Positions 25,006 through 35,311 of a DNA stretch of 37,512 bases are shown here, piece by piece. The stretch is from positions 1 to 37,512 of the forward strand of contig CATJZR010000084.1 in assembly GCA_949745625.1 (NCBI GenBank). The letters run 5' to 3'. This DNA is from an uncultured Eubacteriales bacterium (lineage in GTDB: Bacteria > Bacillota > Clostridia > Christensenellales > Borkfalkiaceae). Under the pieces are notes generated by a model. That model was given only the letters and a program-made list of their open reading frames with translations. It searched no databases and was not told the origin of the DNA. The position numbers were made by a program, and so were the translations under genes. Numbering within the stretch: the first letter of the stretch is position 1; every line of letters starts with the position of its first letter.

Positions 25006-26094
25006 ATGACCAACAAAGATTTTTTTGCGGCACTTGCCGATTTGGAGAAGGAAAAAGGAATACCACAGCAGGTGTTTTTGGACGCGCTTGAAAACGCGCT
25101 CGTATCTGCATGCAAAAAGCAATATACCAGTGGAACGGGTACAGTTGAAATCAGGACTAATCCCGAAAGAGGCACGATTGACTTTTTTACCGTGAGAATT
25201 GCGGTAAATGAAATTATCGACCCCGAAAACGAGATTTTGCTTGAAGACGCGCAAAAAATAAAAAAGAGCTATAAGCTCGGCGACAAGGTGCTTGAAAAGT
25301 TCGTACCCAAAGATTTTTCGCGAATTGCCGCGCAGACTGCTAAACAGGTCATACTGCAAAAACTTAATGAAACGGAAAGAGATGCCGCCATTAACGAATT
25401 TTCCGATAAAGAAGGAGAGCTGCTCGTAGGTATTATCCGTAAAATTGACGTTAAAAACGTGTATATCGAGCTCGGCAAGGGTCAGGTGAAAGGACTTATG
25501 CTGCCCGCCGATCAGGTTGCCGGTGAAAAATACAATGTTAACGATAAGATAAAGGTTTTCGTTAAACGCGTTAAAAACGGGTTCAGGGGCGCGCAGGTGC
25601 TTGTCAGCAGGTCGTCGCCGGGACTTGTCAGAAAACTTTTCGAGGAAGAAGTGCCTGAAATTAAACAAGGTACCGTAATTATCAAGGAAATCAGTCGCGA
25701 AGCTGGCGCAAGAACGAAAATAGCAATTTATTCAGAGGATCCGAGAGTCGACGCTATAGGCGCGTGCGTCGGTAATAAAGGCGCAAGAGTAAACGCTATA
25801 GTGGAAGAGTTAAAAGGCGAAAAGATAGATATTATTCCTTGGTCGGACAATCCTTTGGAATTTATAGCAAAATCACTGTCGCCTGCTAAGGTTATTTCTG
25901 TTACTCAGCTCAGTGACGAAAAAACAGCGCTTGCGGTCGTACCCGACGATAAACTTTCACTTGCAATAGGCAAAGACGGACAGAACGCGCGGCTTGCGGT
26001 TAGGCTGACGGGTTGGAAGATAGACGTAAAAAGCGAGTCCGTCGCAGCGAAGCTTGGTTTGACTACTCAAAATTCCGAGGATACGGAGAATTAA
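25006..26094 (+). CDS. nusA: transcription termination/antitermination factor NusA
   Basis: 362 aa. N-terminal domain, S1 and two KH domains ([23 protein letters not shown]). Confidence 0.97.
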   Translation: MTNKDFFAALADLEKEKGIPQQVFLDALENALVSACKKQYTSGTGTVEIRTNPERGTIDFFTVRIAVNEIIDPENEILLEDAQKIKKSYKLGDKVLEKFVPKDFSRIAAQTAKQVILQKLNETERDAAINEFSDKEGELLVGIIRKIDVKNVYIELGKGQVKGLMLPADQVAGEKYNVNDKIKVFVKRVKNGFRGAQVLVSRSSPGLVRKLFEEEVPEIKQGTVIIKEISREAGARTKIAIYSEDPRVDAIGACVGNKGARVNAIVEELKGEKIDIIPWSDNPLEFIAKSLSPAKVISVTQLSDEKTALAVVPDDKLSLAIGKDGQNARLAVRLTGWKIDVKSESVAAKLGLTTQNSEDTEN

Positions 26095-26101
26095 AATTTA
26101 A

Positions 26102-26368
26102 ATGGCTAACAATAAAGCGCCGCTCAGAATGTGCATTGCGTGCAGGCGGCTGTTAGAAAAAAGAGAAATGCTGCGTGTCGTAAGAGGTGAAAACAAAATT
26201 TTTCTGGACTTTACTTCCAAGGCTTCAGGGCGCGGCGCATACATTTGCGATAATCCCGACTGTATTAGAAAACTGAAAAAACAGCGTCTTTTGAATAAAG
26301 TTTTTTCATGTCAGGTCGAAGAAGAAATATATAACGCTATCGAGGAGGCGTACTTTGGCGCAAAGTAA
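26102..26368 (+). CDS. ylxR: YlxR/RnpM (DUF448) RNA-binding protein
   Basis: 88 aa. PLRMCIACR...GRGAYIC motif. Conserved position after nusA. Confidence 0.92.
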   Translation: MANNKAPLRMCIACRRLLEKREMLRVVRGENKIFLDFTSKASGRGAYICDNPDCIRKLKKQRLLNKVFSCQVEEEIYNAIEEAYFGAK

Positions 26369-26678
26369 AGTACAATCCTATATAGGCTTTTGTAAACGGG
26401 CGCGTAAAATTACGCTTGGTTCAAGCGCAATTGGTACTCTGAAGGGGGGAGTTTATTTGTTGCTGCTCGATAAGAACGCGGCAAAAAATTCTTTGAGGTA
26501 CGCTTTGAAATATAAAAGAAAGTTTGGGTGCCCGTTGCTTGTGTGCGGAGACGATTTTGAGGAACTCGTCGGCAAATCCTCTTGTAGGCTTGCGGCCATA
26601 CAAGAAAAAAATCTTGCAGAAGCAATATTGAATAGCGGAGAATCCGGATACGAATTGTATACCGAAGGCGGTGAATAG
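26355..26678 (+). CDS. L7Ae-family protein (YlxQ-like)
   Basis: 107 aa. TTG start 6 nt after a strong SD GAGGAGG (26342-26348). Conserved position between ylxR and infB. Confidence 0.8.
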   Translation: MAQSKVQSYIGFCKRARKITLGSSAIGTLKGGVYLLLLDKNAAKNSLRYALKYKRKFGCPLLVCGDDFEELVGKSSCRLAAIQEKNLAEAILNSGESGYELYTEGGE

Positions 26679-26681
26679 TAT

Positions 26682-29126
26682 ATGGCAAAAAAATTTGAGA
26701 ACATAGAAAACATAGGAAAACTGATAACTGACGGACTGGTTTCCGAGCTGATTAAAAAAGTCGGCGCAGCAGAAAAGTCTGCTTCAGAAATTTTAAAAAA
26801 GCTTGCCGAGCTTGAGAATGCACGGCTTGCAAAGAAAATAGAAGCGGAAAGGCTTGCTGCCGAAAAGCTTGCGGAAGAGAGAGCGGCGGCAATAGCCGAA
26901 GCTGAAAAGCAAAAAGCTTTGGAGGCGCAAAAGGAATCAGAGGAAAAGTCGGTTAAGGAAGCTCAGAAGCCTCAACCGCCCGAAAAGCCCGTTACAAAGC
27001 CCGAAAATAAAACATTCGTTAATCGCGATACGCGTCCACAGCGCGGACCGGTAAAGCCTGCGGCACCGAATTACAACAACGCAAACAGACCAACCAGACC
27101 GTTAGGTCAACAGAAATTCGGTACGGCGCCGGCGACTTCGACTGCTTCTGCTGCTTCGCAGGTTAATAAACCTAAAAATTTCGGTCCCGATAAGAAGAAG
27201 CAGACTTACGACAAAACGTATGTCGAAAAAGAGAGACACGCAGTATCAAAACGGGCTTTACAAAAGCAACAGGGTGCAACAGTTGCCGATTTCGACGAAA
27301 ACAAGAGCGGATACAGAAAGCTGCGCGTAAAAAAGGACAAAAAGCAGCTTAATTCTCAAACTATAAAAATAGAACGTGCGGTGGTTACTACGGACGAAAT
27401 AGCAATTAAAACTTTATCTGAAAAGCTTGGCATTTCTGCTGTGGAAATAACCAAACGTCTGTTTAAAGAAGGCGTAATGAAGACCGTAAACGAGTCGGTC
27501 GATTACGATACCGCTGCGCTTTTGGCTGCGGGGCTTGGAATAGAACTTGAATATAAGCCCGAAAAAACTGCGGAAGAAGTGCTCATAGAAAAGCAGGCGG
27601 ACACTGTTGAGGAAATTGAAAGCCTTGTTCCTCGCGCTCCCGTGGTTACGGTTATGGGGCACGTAGACCATGGTAAAACTTCGCTTCTCGACCACATTCG
27701 CAAGAGTAATGCGGTTGCGGGGGAGGCGGGCGGAATTACGCAGCATATAGGCGCGTATACCGTCAGCGTCAACGGAAAGGGCATTACATTCATTGATACC
27801 CCCGGACACGAGGCGTTTACCGCTATGCGTGCGCGCGGTGCTCAAGTGACGGATTTCGTTATACTTGTAGTTGCTGCGGACGACGGCGTCATGCCGCAGA
27901 CAGTTGAAGTAATCAATCATGCAAAAGCGGCGGGCGTGGGTATTATCGTTGCTGTAAATAAAATGGATAAGGTCGGCGCTAACCTCGATAAGGTTAAGCA
28001 AGATTTGACTAATTACGGACTCGTGCCCGAAGAGTGGGGCGGCGATACTTTAATTTGCCCTATCTCTTGTAAAACAGGTGAGGGGATTGACTCTTTGCTT
28101 GAAAGCTTGCTGCTTTTGGCGGAAATGAAAGAGTTGCTTGCTAATCCCGCACGTGAGGCAAGGGGAGTTATAATAGAGGCTCGTCTCGACAAGGGTAAGG
28201 GACCAGTTGCAACAGTACTAGTTCAGAACGGTACTTTGCGCACTGGCGATAATATAATTACCGGAACCGTAATGGGCAGAGTGCGCGCAATGATAGATGA
28301 TTGCGGCAAGACCGTCAAAGAGGCGGGTCCGTCAATGGCAGTCAATGTCCTCGGGCTTGAAGAGGTGCCCAACTCAGGCGATTCGATTTTTGCCGTTTCC
28401 CAGGGCCTTATGAAAGAGGTTATGGGCGAGAGAATGAGAAAGAGAAGCGACGCAATGATAAAGTCGGCTTCCAAGGTTTCGCTTGAAGAAATGTTCGGTA
28501 TGATAGCCGAGGGCAACCTCAAAACGCTCAATCTTATTATTAAGGGTGATGTTCAGGGCTCTGTCGAAGCCGTTAAACAATCGGTTGTCAAGCTTTCAAA
28601 TGAAGAAGTACAGGTCAAGGTTATTCATAGCGGTGCAGGCGCTATTACTGAAACCGACGTAATGCTTGCCGACTCGTCTAACGCAATTATACTTGGCTTT
28701 AACGTACGTCCCGATGCCAAGGCAAAAACTCTTGCTGAAAGAAGTAAGGTTGACATCAGAAGCTACCGCATAATTTACGATTTGCTTGACGATATGGAAG
28801 CTGCCTTAAAGGGTATGCTTGCTCCCAAGTATCACGAGGTGTATCTCGGCAAATGCGAGGTCCGTCAGACATTTAAAATTACCGGCGTGGGCAATATCGC
28901 GGGCTGCTATGTACTTGATGGGAAGATTGTCAGGGGCGGCAAACTGCGTATTTACCGCGAAGATGTGCTCGTAGTAGAAGGGAACGTACAACAGCTTAAA
29001 CGCTTCAAGGACGACGTAAAAGAGGTTTCATTCGGCTTTGAATGTGGTTGTGCTATTGAAGGCTTTAACGATATTAAAATCGGCGACATAATAGAATGTT
29101 ATATGATAGAACAAGTTGTCGGTTAA
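26682..29126 (+). CDS. infB: translation initiation factor IF-2
   Basis: 814 aa. Low-complexity charged N-terminus, G domain GHVDHGKTS / DTPGHEAF / NKMD. Confidence 0.98.
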   Translation: MAKKFENIENIGKLITDGLVSELIKKVGAAEKSASEILKKLAELENARLAKKIEAERLAAEKLAEERAAAIAEAEKQKALEAQKESEEKSVKEAQKPQPPEKPVTKPENKTFVNRDTRPQRGPVKPAAPNYNNANRPTRPLGQQKFGTAPATSTASAASQVNKPKNFGPDKKKQTYDKTYVEKERHAVSKRALQKQQGATVADFDENKSGYRKLRVKKDKKQLNSQTIKIERAVVTTDEIAIKTLSEKLGISAVEITKRLFKEGVMKTVNESVDYDTAALLAAGLGIELEYKPEKTAEEVLIEKQADTVEEIESLVPRAPVVTVMGHVDHGKTSLLDHIRKSNAVAGEAGGITQHIGAYTVSVNGKGITFIDTPGHEAFTAMRARGAQVTDFVILVVAADDGVMPQTVEVINHAKAAGVGIIVAVNKMDKVGANLDKVKQDLTNYGLVPEEWGGDTLICPISCKTGEGIDSLLESLLLLAEMKELLANPAREARGVIIEARLDKGKGPVATVLVQNGTLRTGDNIITGTVMGRVRAMIDDCGKTVKEAGPSMAVNVLGLEEVPNSGDSIFAVSQGLMKEVMGERMRKRSDAMIKSASKVSLEEMFGMIAEGNLKTLNLIIKGDVQGSVEAVKQSVVKLSNEEVQVKVIHSGAGAITETDVMLADSSNAIILGFNVRPDAKAKTLAERSKVDIRSYRIIYDLLDDMEAALKGMLAPKYHEVYLGKCEVRQTFKITGVGNIAGCYVLDGKIVRGGKLRIYREDVLVVEGNVQQLKRFKDDVKEVSFGFECGCAIEGFNDIKIGDIIECYMIEQVVG

Positions 29127-29135
29127 GGTGGTTTT

Positions 29136-29495
29136 ATGAAAAATAACAGAGGGAAACGCTTGTCTGGCGAATTTCAGAAGGAAATATCTTCCGTTATTAT
29201 GCAGAAGCTTAAAAATAGACATCCCGAGTTAAGTGCAATAATCAGCGTAACTGAATCAGACGTTGCGCCTGATTTAAAAAGCGCCAAAATCTATATAAGC
29301 ATCTTTGATGTCAACGAAGAAAAAAGGCAGTTAAGCTTTGAAATAATAAAACAGAATGCGGGGTATATTCGTCACGAGCTTGCAATGGTAATGCGTCTGC
29401 GTACCGTTCCCGAATTGCGGTTTATACTTGATGAAAGTATGGAGCACGGCTCTAAAATAGACAGAATACTCGAAGATTTAAATAATGACGAATAG
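29136..29495 (+). CDS. rbfA: ribosome-binding factor A
   Basis: 119 aa. KH-like fold with LRTVPELRFILDES. Confidence 0.95.
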   Translation: MKNNRGKRLSGEFQKEISSVIMQKLKNRHPELSAIISVTESDVAPDLKSAKIYISIFDVNEEKRQLSFEIIKQNAGYIRHELAMVMRLRTVPELRFILDESMEHGSKIDRILEDLNNDE

Positions 29496-30447
29496 CAGTA
29501 TCTCAGAGGCTTTAAAACAACTCGATAATGCCAAAAGAATTGCCGTGTTTTGCCATGCCAGACCCGACGGTGATACTCTCGGTTCAGGGCTTGCGCTTGC
29601 GGCGGCGCTTAATAATGCGGGAAAGTTTGCCGTAACGTGCTGTGACGATACCATACCTGAAAAATATGGTTTTATAGAAGGAATAGCGTCAGTTAGAAGA
29701 AGCTTACCGAAAATCGGGTTTGATACTTTTGTTTGCGTCGACTGCTCCGACGTTAGCCGTATCGGGGCTTTTGCAAATGTGTTTATGACATTCAAGGGAA
29801 AGACGATTAATATCGACCATCATGTATCAAACAAAAAATTCGCTTTGTGTAACTGTGTTATTCAATGTCCGGCTACGTGTGAAATAATTGCGGAATTATT
29901 GACCGAAGGCGGGTACAAAATCGATAAGGAAATTGCAAATTTACTTATGCTCGGTCTTATCACCGACAGCGGAAATTTTTCACACAATGACGTTACCGGT
30001 AAAACCTTTGAAACAGCGGCATTGCTGAGGGAATGCGGTGCAAATTCAAGCAATATCTATTATGAAATGTTTTCGCGTAAAACAAAGTTTAAAGCGATGC
30101 TTTTCGGCAAAGTTATCAGTGAGATGCGTTTCGCTCTCGACGACAGGCTTGCACTAATAACAGTTAAACTTGAATATTTTGACGGGGCTACCGTTGACGG
30201 AAGTATTACTGAAGGATTTGTCGATTTTCCGCTTGCTATTGACGGTGTGCAGGTTTCAGTTTCCATGCTTGAAGTAAAGAAGCGACAGTATAAAATTTCA
30301 TTCAGAAGTAAGGGAAAAGTAAATGTTAACGCCGTTGCCGAGACATTTGGCGGCGGTGGACATATATTTGCAAGTGGCTGTATGGTTGTTGGCGAGCTTG
30401 AAGAAGTAATAGAAAAAATCACCTACGCCGTATATCAGAATATATGA
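29485..30447 (+). CDS. nrnA: DHH-family bifunctional oligoribonuclease/pAp phosphatase NrnA
   Basis: 320 aa. HARPDGD, DCS, NIDHH and GGGGH motifs. Confidence 0.9.
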   Translation: MTNSSISEALKQLDNAKRIAVFCHARPDGDTLGSGLALAAALNNAGKFAVTCCDDTIPEKYGFIEGIASVRRSLPKIGFDTFVCVDCSDVSRIGAFANVFMTFKGKTINIDHHVSNKKFALCNCVIQCPATCEIIAELLTEGGYKIDKEIANLLMLGLITDSGNFSHNDVTGKTFETAALLRECGANSSNIYYEMFSRKTKFKAMLFGKVISEMRFALDDRLALITVKLEYFDGATVDGSITEGFVDFPLAIDGVQVSVSMLEVKKRQYKISFRSKGKVNVNAVAETFGGGGHIFASGCMVVGELEEVIEKITYAVYQNI

Positions 30448-31292
30448 CAGGTTTCATTACAGTGAACAAGGCAGAGGGCGTAAGCTCTGCAAGGGAAGTT
30501 AATATCATAAAAAAGCTGACGGGTACACCGTGTGGTCATCTTGGTACGCTTGACCCCATGGCAAGCGGTGTTCTCCCTGTTGCGATAGGCAACGCCGCAC
30601 GCTTGTTTGATTATTTTCTGAGTAAAAAGAAGAAATACGTGGCGACTTTTGTTTTCGGTTGTGACAGTGACACTCTCGATACTACGGGTGCTGTTATTGA
30701 AACAGGAGCAAAAATCCCATCGCTATGCGAAATAGAAGCTGTAGTTCCCTATCTAACCGGCGAAGTATTGCAGATACCGCCGAAATACAGCGCGAAAAGC
30801 ATTTGCGGAAAGCGGGGTTATCAGCTTGCACGCGAGGGGGTAGATTTCACGCTTCCACCTAAAAAAGTAAATATTTATTCCATAAGAGTATTAGACAAGG
30901 TAACCGAAAATTCATATTCTTTTGAAATTGAGTGTGGCGGGGGGACTTATATCCGTTCGATTGCGCGTGATTTGGGTGCGAGGCTCGGTACGACTGCTAT
31001 TATGAGTGCGCTCATAAGAACTAAAAGCGGGGTATTCGATATATCTTCGGCGGTTCCGACCGACGTATTAAATAAAGAAAACTTAAACCGCTATATTACG
31101 GAAACGGACAGCGTTTTGCCGTTTGAAAGCTTTTATCCGAGTGTGGCAGAAGCAAAAAGGTTGTTTAACGGATTGCCCGCAGAATGCGGTTTATCCGACG
31201 GAACTTATAAAATTTATTATACGGACGGCTCTTTTTACGGGCTTGCCGAATCAAAAGATAATTTTTTAAAGGTAAGGACAAAACTATGTTAG
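30444..31292 (+). CDS. truB: tRNA pseudouridine(55) synthase
   Basis: 282 aa. GHLGTLDPMASGVLPV catalytic motif. ATGA overlap with nrnA. Confidence 0.96.
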   Translation: MTGFITVNKAEGVSSAREVNIIKKLTGTPCGHLGTLDPMASGVLPVAIGNAARLFDYFLSKKKKYVATFVFGCDSDTLDTTGAVIETGAKIPSLCEIEAVVPYLTGEVLQIPPKYSAKSICGKRGYQLAREGVDFTLPPKKVNIYSIRVLDKVTENSYSFEIECGGGTYIRSIARDLGARLGTTAIMSALIRTKSGVFDISSAVPTDVLNKENLNRYITETDSVLPFESFYPSVAEAKRLFNGLPAECGLSDGTYKIYYTDGSFYGLAESKDNFLKVRTKLC

Positions 31293-32182
31293 AAGTAATC
31301 AAGTACAATGAAGACGAGTACGCATTTCCAAGCTTATTAGTGCTTGGCTGTTTTGACGCTATACATATAGGTCATGCGGAATTGTTAAAAAAGGCTAAGC
31401 TTCAAGCCAAAATAAACGGACTTGATTTGGGCATAATGATGTTTGTCGGCGGCAAAGGCGGCAGACAGGTTTGCAATTTTGAAGAAAGGCAGAGACTTTT
31501 AGAGCAGTTTGGCGTAAAATTTATTCTTGCAATAGATTATACTGACGATTTTAAAGCAACATCGTCCGGAAAGTTTCTTGAAAATATAGAAAGTAAAATC
31601 AACATTAAGGCGTATATGAGCGGCAGGGATTTCCGGTTCGGCTACGGGGCGAAGGCAAAATCTTCTACGCTTAAAACCTATTCGGAGGATGAGGAAAACG
31701 GAGTTTGGTATATGTCCGTAAAGGACGTTACCTACGTTGGAGAAAAGGTAAGCACAACATTAATAAAAAACTGTATCGAGAACGGTAATCTCGTTAAAGC
31801 GGGCGCGCTTCTCGGCAGACCTTATTCGGTAACGGGCTTCGTAATTGAAGGCGCAAACCGTGGTAAAGGTTTGGGCTTTCCAACAATAAATATGAAGTAT
31901 CCCGTTGAGAAGGTGGAAGTCAAAAGGGGTGTTTACAAGGTTCAGTGTATCGTCGGAGAAGAGGTGTTTATAGGTATAGCCAACTACGGTGGACGCCCTA
32001 CGTTTAACGAGTCTATAGCGCTTTTAGAGGTCTTTCTTGACGGCTTCGTCGGGACGCTTTACGGAAGAGGCGTGACCGTGGAATTTATTGAGTTTTTACG
32101 CGATACGCAGAAATTCGAATCTGCTGACGAGCTTAAAAAACAGCTTGCAATTGATTTGCAGCGTGCAAAATTAAAAGTTTAA
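31286..32182 (+). CDS. ribF: bifunctional riboflavin kinase/FAD synthetase
   Basis: 298 aa. LGCFDAIHIGH nucleotidyltransferase motif and a C-terminal GFPTIN riboflavin-kinase motif. Confidence 0.94.
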   Translation: MLEVIKYNEDEYAFPSLLVLGCFDAIHIGHAELLKKAKLQAKINGLDLGIMMFVGGKGGRQVCNFEERQRLLEQFGVKFILAIDYTDDFKATSSGKFLENIESKINIKAYMSGRDFRFGYGAKAKSSTLKTYSEDEENGVWYMSVKDVTYVGEKVSTTLIKNCIENGNLVKAGALLGRPYSVTGFVIEGANRGKGLGFPTINMKYPVEKVEVKRGVYKVQCIVGEEVFIGIANYGGRPTFNESIALLEVFLDGFVGTLYGRGVTVEFIEFLRDTQKFESADELKKQLAIDLQRAKLKV

Positions 32183-32202
32183 TTTTTCGGGAGTAATTAT
32201 AG

Positions 32203-33054
32203 GTGATAAAATTCGGTCCCGCCGGTAACAGTCAATCCTTTTATGCCGCAGGCTATAAAAATACAGTACAGGCGGCAAAATTCTGTAAAGATTTAGACCT
32301 TGACTGCTTCGAATATCCATTCGGTAGAGGAATTCTTATGTCGGAGGATAAGGCGATTGAGATAGGGCAAGCGTTTGCCGAATATGAAGTCGAGCTAAGC
32401 GTACACGCTCCGTATTTTATCAACTTCGCAAATCCAGACGACGAGGCGGCGCAGAAATCCTACGGCTACGTACTGAACAGTGCAAAATTCGTAAAACTTT
32501 TCGGCGGTAAAAGAGTGGTTTTTCACCCTGCCGCGCAGGGTAAGGTAAGCCGCGAAGAAGCTGTTGCAAAAACAGAGGATAGGTTAAAAATTCTCGCAGA
32601 ATATATCTATTTGAACGGATACGAGAATCTTTATTTTTGTCCGGAAACAATGGGAAAAATTGCCCAAATCGGCACGCTTGAAGAAGTTGTGCGGTTTTGT
32701 AAAATCGATAAGGTGTTTGTACCTACGGTCGACTTCGGGCATTTGAATGCACGCGAGGGCGGTAGCTTAAAAACAGTTGACGATTATCTTTGCCGTCTTG
32801 AATATATGATTTCGGAGCTTGGTTTCGAGCGGGTTAAAAATTTTCATATCCACTTCTCTAAGATAATGTACGGCGGCAAGGGCGAAATAAAGCACCTTAC
32901 CTTTGAGGACAAGCAATACGGACCGGAATTTCAACCGCTTGCAATAGCATTAAAGAAATTACAGCTTGAGCCGTATATCGTTTGTGAGTCATCCGGAACG
33001 CAGGCGGAAGATGCGCTTGAAATGAAACGAATCTACGGAAGCGTTGACATATAA
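32203..33054 (+). CDS. Endonuclease IV-like TIM-barrel protein (AP endonuclease family 2)
   Basis: 283 aa, GTG start after SD GGGAG. VHAPYFINF, VFHP, PETMGK, DFGH and HIHFS parallel the Nfo metal-ligand motifs. Confidence 0.8.
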   Translation: MIKFGPAGNSQSFYAAGYKNTVQAAKFCKDLDLDCFEYPFGRGILMSEDKAIEIGQAFAEYEVELSVHAPYFINFANPDDEAAQKSYGYVLNSAKFVKLFGGKRVVFHPAAQGKVSREEAVAKTEDRLKILAEYIYLNGYENLYFCPETMGKIAQIGTLEEVVRFCKIDKVFVPTVDFGHLNAREGGSLKTVDDYLCRLEYMISELGFERVKNFHIHFSKIMYGGKGEIKHLTFEDKQYGPEFQPLAIALKKLQLEPYIVCESSGTQAEDALEMKRIYGSVDI

Positions 33055-33088
33055 CTTGAAATTTGATAAAATAACAGGCGGAGGGGCT

Positions 33089-34138
33089 ATGGCTCATACT
33101 AACGCGTCAAAAATATATAATCTTGTAGGCGCAGAAGCGGTTTTGACCGAGGCGGAAGATTTGCGCAGGTACCTTACAGGTTTTTCGTCGTCTTTCGGTT
33201 ACGTTTTGTCCGATAAATACGGGTCTGTTTTTTATACCGACCCAAGGTATTTAGAGGCGGCAGAGTATGCTCTTAAAGGAACTGAAATTGCAGTAAAAAA
33301 GTTTGTTTCTCCGCTTGCAGATTTACTTAAAACCTATAATCAGGTTGCGGTGCCTTTGGAAAAAATCGGTTATCTTGAACATAAAAAACTGCTTGATTGC
33401 GGACTGTCAATTGTGGACAGCTCTGACGCGTTTACGCAGGCAATGGCAGTTAAAGAAGATTACGAGATTAACAGCATTAAAAAAGCCTGTAATATAACTG
33501 ATACGGCCTTTGTACGGCTTTTGGGCGAGATTAAAGAGGGAATGACCGAAAACGACGTAGCAGCTCTTTTGGAGTATTTGATGCGTCAAGGCGGGGCGAG
33601 CGGAGCAAGCTTCGATACTATTGTCGGCTTCGGTGAAAATTCAAGCGTTCCGCACCACGAAACGGGTTTGAGGAAATTGCATTTCGGCGATATAATCCTT
33701 ATAGATTTCGGATGCAAAACAGGCGGGTATTGTTCTGATTGTACCCGTACGTTTCTATTCGGTGACGACAATAAACATAATGATTTTAAAAAGGCCTATG
33801 CTTACGTATTGGAAGCACATAATCTCGTTAAGGAAAAGGTTATAAGCGGTATGACGGGCAGTGAGGCAGACGCAATCGCAAGGAATTGTCTTAAAAGATA
33901 CGGGCTTGACGGTTTGTTTACTCATTCGCTTGGGCACGGAATAGGTTTAAACATTCACGAATTCCCTCGCCTGTCACCTAAAAGCGAGGATAGGCTTATT
34001 AACGGAATGGTGTTTTCCGATGAGCCTGGCGTTTATTTAGCGGGCGAATACGGTATAAGAATAGAAGACACGGTAATGCTTTATAATAATGAAGTTATAA
34101 GTCTTACCGATTCGGATAAAAAACTGATAATTTTATAA
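33089..34138 (+). CDS. M24-family Xaa-Pro aminopeptidase/dipeptidase
   Basis: 349 aa from the ATG at 33089 (SD GGAGGGG). DFGC...[36 protein letters not shown]. Conserved pairing with efp. Confidence 0.9.
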   Translation: MAHTNASKIYNLVGAEAVLTEAEDLRRYLTGFSSSFGYVLSDKYGSVFYTDPRYLEAAEYALKGTEIAVKKFVSPLADLLKTYNQVAVPLEKIGYLEHKKLLDCGLSIVDSSDAFTQAMAVKEDYEINSIKKACNITDTAFVRLLGEIKEGMTENDVAALLEYLMRQGGASGASFDTIVGFGENSSVPHHETGLRKLHFGDIILIDFGCKTGGYCSDCTRTFLFGDDNKHNDFKKAYAYVLEAHNLVKEKVISGMTGSEADAIARNCLKRYGLDGLFTHSLGHGIGLNIHEFPRLSPKSEDRLINGMVFSDEPGVYLAGEYGIRIEDTVMLYNNEVISLTDSDKKLIIL

Positions 34139-34163
34139 TTGTTTAATAACAAGGAGATATATT

Positions 34164-34739
34164 ATGGCATCAATTTTAGCAGGCGATATCAGAAAGGGCT
34201 CAACTTTTGAGTATAACGGTAAAGGTGTTTACACCGTTACCGAGTTTCAGCACGTCAAACCCGGTAAAGGCGCGGCATTCGTAAGAGCAACTCTCAAAAA
34301 CGTAGTTACGGGACAGGTGCTTTCCGACATTACATTCAATCCTACGGCAAAGCTCGAGACGGCTCAGGTAGAAACCAAAAAAATGAGCTATTCCTATACC
34401 GACGGCGAGTTCTATTATTTTATGGACCCCGATTCGTTCGATATGATTACGCTCAATCTCGGACAGGTTGAAGATGCGCTTAAATACATTAAAGAGAACG
34501 ATACAGTAACAATTAAATTCCTAAAAGGAACGGCTTTCTCGGTTGAGCCGGAAAACTTTGTTGAATTAAAAATTACTGAGTGTGAGCCTGGCGTGAAGGG
34601 TAATACCGCAACAAACGCATTAAAGAATGCAGTCGTTGAAACGGGCGCCACCATTCAGGTGCCTATGTTTGTCGAAGAGGGTGAAATTATCCGTATCGAT
34701 ACCCGTACAGGCGAATATATGTCGAGGGTTGGCAAATAA
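34164..34739 (+). CDS. efp: elongation factor P
   Basis: 191 aa. [12 protein letters not shown] loop. SD AAGGAG upstream. Confidence 0.97.
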   Translation: MASILAGDIRKGSTFEYNGKGVYTVTEFQHVKPGKGAAFVRATLKNVVTGQVLSDITFNPTAKLETAQVETKKMSYSYTDGEFYYFMDPDSFDMITLNLGQVEDALKYIKENDTVTIKFLKGTAFSVEPENFVELKITECEPGVKGNTATNALKNAVVETGATIQVPMFVEEGEIIRIDTRTGEYMSRVGK

Positions 34740-34743
34740 TTAA

Positions 34744-35181
34744 ATGTATGCAGTTGTGCAGCGCGTTGGTCGTACCGTACTAAAGGTCGACGGCAAATTG
34801 ATTTCCGAAATATCGGGTGGGCTTACGGTTTATCTCGGTATAAAGGTCGGGGACAGCGAAGAAAAGTGCGAGGTCTTAGCGAATAAGCTTTCGCGTTTGC
34901 GCATTTTCGAAGATGAACAAGGGAAAATGAATTTGTCCGTTAAAGATGTTGACGGAGAGATTTTGCTTGTGTCTCAGTTCACTCTTTGTGCCGACTGCTC
35001 GCGCGGGAACAGACCGAATTTTTCTGGTGCCGAGAGACCTGAACGCGCTGAGAAGCTGTATAAGCTTACCGCGCAAAAGCTGCGTGAAACAGGCGTCCCG
35101 GTCAAATTGGGCGTATTCGGCGCCGATATGAAAATCGAGCAGTTCAATGACGGACCTGTTTCTATCATATACGAAATATAA
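34744..35181 (+). CDS. dtd: D-aminoacyl-tRNA deacylase
   Basis: 145 aa. N-terminus MYAVVQRV, SQFTL motif. Confidence 0.93.
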   Translation: MYAVVQRVGRTVLKVDGKLISEISGGLTVYLGIKVGDSEEKCEVLANKLSRLRIFEDEQGKMNLSVKDVDGEILLVSQFTLCADCSRGNRPNFSGAERPERAEKLYKLTAQKLRETGVPVKLGVFGADMKIEQFNDGPVSIIYEI

Positions 35182-35182
35182 T

Positions 35183-35218
35183 AAAAATGCTCTTGAATAT
35201 ACGTTCAAGAGCATTTTT
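35183..35218. terminator. bidirectional rho-independent terminator
   Basis: 15-bp stem AAAAATGCTCTTGAA/TTCAAGAGCATTTTT with a 6-nt loop. A/T runs form part of both arms. Confidence 0.85.
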
Positions 35219-35311
35219 AAATCGTACGTTTCAAAACAAAGAAAATAACACAATTAAAAAGGCGTAGTTGATGCCATGCCAGATTATACTTTGTTTGCTA
35301 ATCACCCACAG

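Noticed and set aside
24826-25668. 280-aa ORF on the minus strand
   Set aside because: It lies entirely antisense to rimP/nusA, whose identities are unambiguous. The product is low-complexity and F/K/R-rich, typical of a shadow frame. The same applies to 12749-13405, 27414-28001, 420-911, 9040-9546 and 11328-11783.
26682-27300. Repetitive A/E/K-rich and P/Q-rich stretch that could look like a repeat element
   Set aside because: This is the usual low-complexity N-terminal region of IF-2, not a DNA repeat array.
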